A DNA stretch of 64,000 nt from Tubulanus polymorphus (lineage: Eukaryota; Animalia; Nemertea): NCBI RefSeq assembly GCF_964204645.1, contig NC_134032.1, positions 2,476,416 through 2,540,415 of the forward strand, given 5' to 3'. Every line of letters begins with the position of its first letter. Position 1 is the stretch's first letter. The notes below the pieces were generated by a model. It made no database searches, was not told where the DNA came from, and saw only the letters and a program-made list of their open reading frames with translations. The position numbers and the translations under genes were made by a program. Of the stretch, positions 60,926-64,000 are shown piece by piece.

Positions 60926-62499
60926 TTTATGCATATTACTTGCTTTATTTAAACTTACTTTATTTACTTGCATTACTGGTATTTTTGTCATTCGGGAACA
61001 AAACTTCCCTCCCGCATCTGCTCTATAAGTCTCGGGTTTAGCTTTTTATTTCAACTTTTTATTAAAAAAAAAAAACAATAAAAGTAAAATTCGCCCGCCC
61101 TCGTCATAGAAGAGAATCTGATGAGAAACTAGGGTATTTCTGTGTGGCCTAACAGACTTGAGCCATTTATTAATTACTGTCAGTAAGTCAGATTCGGTTC
61201 GGAAAAAGACACCTTTAAGTATCCACGTCGCGTTTATTAGAGACGTCCGCCCGTCCATTTAACCCTGGTCTATTCATGGTCTATTCAGACTGCCCATTTT
61301 TGCAAATGACACACTCGACGTATGTGTTAAGGAGATGAAGCGAAATATCCCCGACAAAAATCGACTTAAGAAGTGCCTCGTTTCTCGATAATTACCGAAT
61401 CTTTGTGTTCAATATTTATTCACTGCTCGACGATTATGCTATTCCCGAAAGTAATTTGAATTGTTTTACAAACAAATTAATTCAAAACCATACATATTGT
61501 CATACGAATGAGAGCCATACATGTCTTATACTTCGGTAAAGTTGAGACTTGTAAGATAGTCTACCCCGAGTGAAGTTTAAAGGGGTGTTCACACGACATC
61601 GTTAAGACCGGCCTAAACTTGGTCCGGTCCAGTTTGACCAGCCCAAGCGTTCACACGAGCAAACAATCCATTCCGAATTTGCCTTTTCCATTTTAGACCG
61701 GTTTTTGACGGACCTAAAAGAGCGAACCCAGGTCCGATCCAAATTTTTGAACGGACTATTCTGTGGTTGGAACTGGCACGAGGTCCGGTCTAAATCGTAT
61801 TCTGTGGTATGAATTCAACTGTATTAAACTCGTCACCAATTCGAAATCAAGCTGATCAGCATAGTTTTTAGATTTCATATAATTTCTATATTGCCTAAAC
61901 GTTAATTTCTTTACTAACGGATCATTATTTATCTTAAAATCCGAACGTGTATTTCTCGTTCAAATTTAGACTGTTACCGGTACAACGTTTACATGAAACA
62001 CATTGATGTCAGATATCACCTTTAAGTGGCCAGCCCTCTCAGAGGGAACCGTGGTAAAATAATTATTACCACAGACAACAATACCTGGAAATCTATGACA
62101 CGCCTAGATGCACCCGATACACATCCTCTTCTCCGATACTTTATTAAAGAAGGGTAAACCTTCATTCGATAGTCTATCGCCCCGTGTTATAGTATACTAT
62201 ATTATGGTAACCCTTCTTAGATACTCATCGCCAGAAGGGCGAGCGCGTTAACACTCGGTCGTTTATTCTGGGATTCGAACATCAACAGTATTGGCCGTAA
62301 ATCGGTCGACATTCTGCATTTTTAGTGAACGTGGCGCGCGTTACTTTTTTTACTTAAAACCCACTGGATCTTACGATACATCGTCGTCGATAAACGTGAA
62401 TTAAAGTCTATTATTATCTCTAAGTAGATTGATCAAGTAAGTCATTTGCACGTCGTCGAAGAAGAAAGCCTTACCGTTAATCCAAATGCATTTAATAAC

Positions 62500-62939
62500 G
62501 GTCCTCCTTATTACCCGAGAGGGCGAGATCAGATGACGTATTTACCGAGATGACATAAAGAAATAGGCCTATAACATATTTATTTATTCCCTATCGATTT
62601 TAACACTTGAAATCATATTATATCAGTAATAAATGCCTACTGGAGTCATATTTTACATATTTTATCGGATATTTTTGTAGAAAAATATCTTTACTGAGAT
62701 GAGATCGTCGATCAATCAAATCTAATGAAATTTTATTGCTAACTGAGATTACGATTAAGTCAAATTTTTTTTACAAAATATCCGGAAAAATATGTAAAAT
62801 ATGACTCTAGAAGGTATTTATTACTGATGCAACATGATTTCAAGTGTTAAAATTGATAAGGAATAGTTAAATATACTAGGTTATATTTCAGGTCATTGTC
62901 ATCTCGGTAAATTACGTCATCTCGGTAATAAGGAGGACC
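62500..62939. mobile_element. Foldback MITE (almost entirely palindromic)
   Basis: GGTCCTCCTTATTACC/GGTAATAAGGAGGACC ends; internal arms pair (TTTAACACTTGAAATCAT, GAGTCATATTTTACATATTTT). Confidence 0.85.
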
Positions 62940-63460
62940 CTTTTATAATGGAAATCGAAAATGGGTAATGCATAATGCCTTAGATTTCCGGGCCTAGTAT
63001 AAATTCCAACTTAGCCTCGGCCTATTCAGTATTTTGCCGACCTTTTCATTATTTTATTAAATCAAATAGGCAGTGCGCCACCATGGCCGTATACTCAAAG
63101 TGCTGCCAGTGAATCACCGCTTTAGGCCTAGTACGGGCATGGCTACTGCATTAATCGCCCGAAATATTCAGTCGGTGACGACAAACGCCTAGTGAATCAC
63201 CTGAATCAAACTTGAAATTTTCGGCCGATTATTTTTAGGAAGTGGTTATTTAGCCAGATCTGGTTACCGACTTAAAAGATATTTTGCCGGATCCATATAT
63301 TATGTATAAGTAAAATCATTAGGCCTATATTGGGTTTAGGGTTAGGGTTTTGATAGGGTTAATGTCAAGAGGGTGAGAAGAGGGTCCAGGGTTTTGTTTC
63401 ACAACTAGGGATAGGGTTAGGTGGGGCTATATATCTAGTTAAAACATTCGGGTGGTTTTC

Positions 63461-63540
63461 AGCGAGCTCGGTGGTCTAGTGGGAAGACGCTGCGCTAGGT
63501 GAATTTACTGACCCGGATTCGAGTCTCGCTCTGCTTTCTC
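63461..63540 (+). mobile_element. tRNA-derived SINE head
   Basis: A box TGGTCTAGTGG, degenerate B box GATTCGAGTC; no complete cloverleaf. Confidence 0.5.
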
Positions 63541-64000
63541 AAACTCTTTTCTCCATACTTCCTTCAAGTCGCGCACCTCTGCGCATATGCGGGGAGAAAT
63601 ATCCGGCAAAATATTGTTCAGAAGTCGGTGACCGGATCCAGCTGAATAACCACACCCTTATTTTTACACCCGCACTGGACGTATTGAGCCGGTGATTGAC
63701 GTTTATCAACCAAATAGCCATGGGCCTATGATGCATTTTTTATATAATGAGATTTGTTAATTCTCTCCTGCTAAGCAGCGTACACTGTCAGCACTTCGAT
63801 TTGATCACTTCCCGCTTGAATATCCTCAAATAGCCACCTTTGTCAGTCATTACTTGTATCTACGAGCGATCATCTCGATGAATGCTCGTAGCATACGGTG
63901 ACATACAATAATGTCGCAACGCTACTGTTAGTTCTGATTCTGAGGCAGCTAACATTCTTATTTTCTTAGAGATAGGCTATTTACACGAAAAAATTTTTTG

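Noticed and set aside
61581-61800. Harbinger-like TIR (GGGGTGTTCACAC)
   Set aside because: No matching second end or TSD found in the window
63331-63425. TTAGGG-like motifs as telomere
   Set aside because: Only a few degenerate copies
63461-63540. Genuine tRNA gene (also 54085-54165 and 55080-55137)
   Set aside because: Only A/B boxes; acceptor and anticodon stems do not form, so treated as SINE heads

Overview
Eukaryotic (invertebrate-like) genomic DNA, rich in repeats. The main feature is a complete, recently integrated 18.4-kb Maverick/Polinton-like virus (8122-26488, 6-bp TSD AAGAGG). It encodes an rve integrase, an A32-like ATPase, a probable double-jelly-roll capsid protein, an EndoVII-containing protein-primed PolB, an HNH nuclease and at least five predicted membrane proteins, with no recognisable adenain protease. 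Two properties stand out. Each terminus is itself a ~400-bp imperfect hairpin with GC-GNA-GC mini-hairpin motifs at its apex. Twelve of about 14 genes start at TAAATG, and six genes of the minus-strand structural block carry a poxvirus-late-promoter-like motif, AA-T(5-7)-N(6-8)-TAAATG; integrase and PolB lack it. A 2.5-kb non-autonomous element with the same terminal architecture but its own genes (4984-7530, TSD AATATG) is inserted 590 bp away in the same Penelope-like retroelement. Older relics of both element types lie at 29.5-43.2 kb. My inference is an endogenous virophage-like virus plus satellite that depends on a cytoplasmic poxvirus-like helper; this is untested. The rest of the window holds a decayed second-lineage Polinton PolB with a solo LTR, piggyBac, Kolobok-like, pogo-like, BEL and Penelope relics, SINE heads, MITEs, microsatellites, intronless class A GPCR (pseudo)genes and a spliced TSP1 plus F-type lectin gene. 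All protein family calls are by eye from motifs; no database searches were run.
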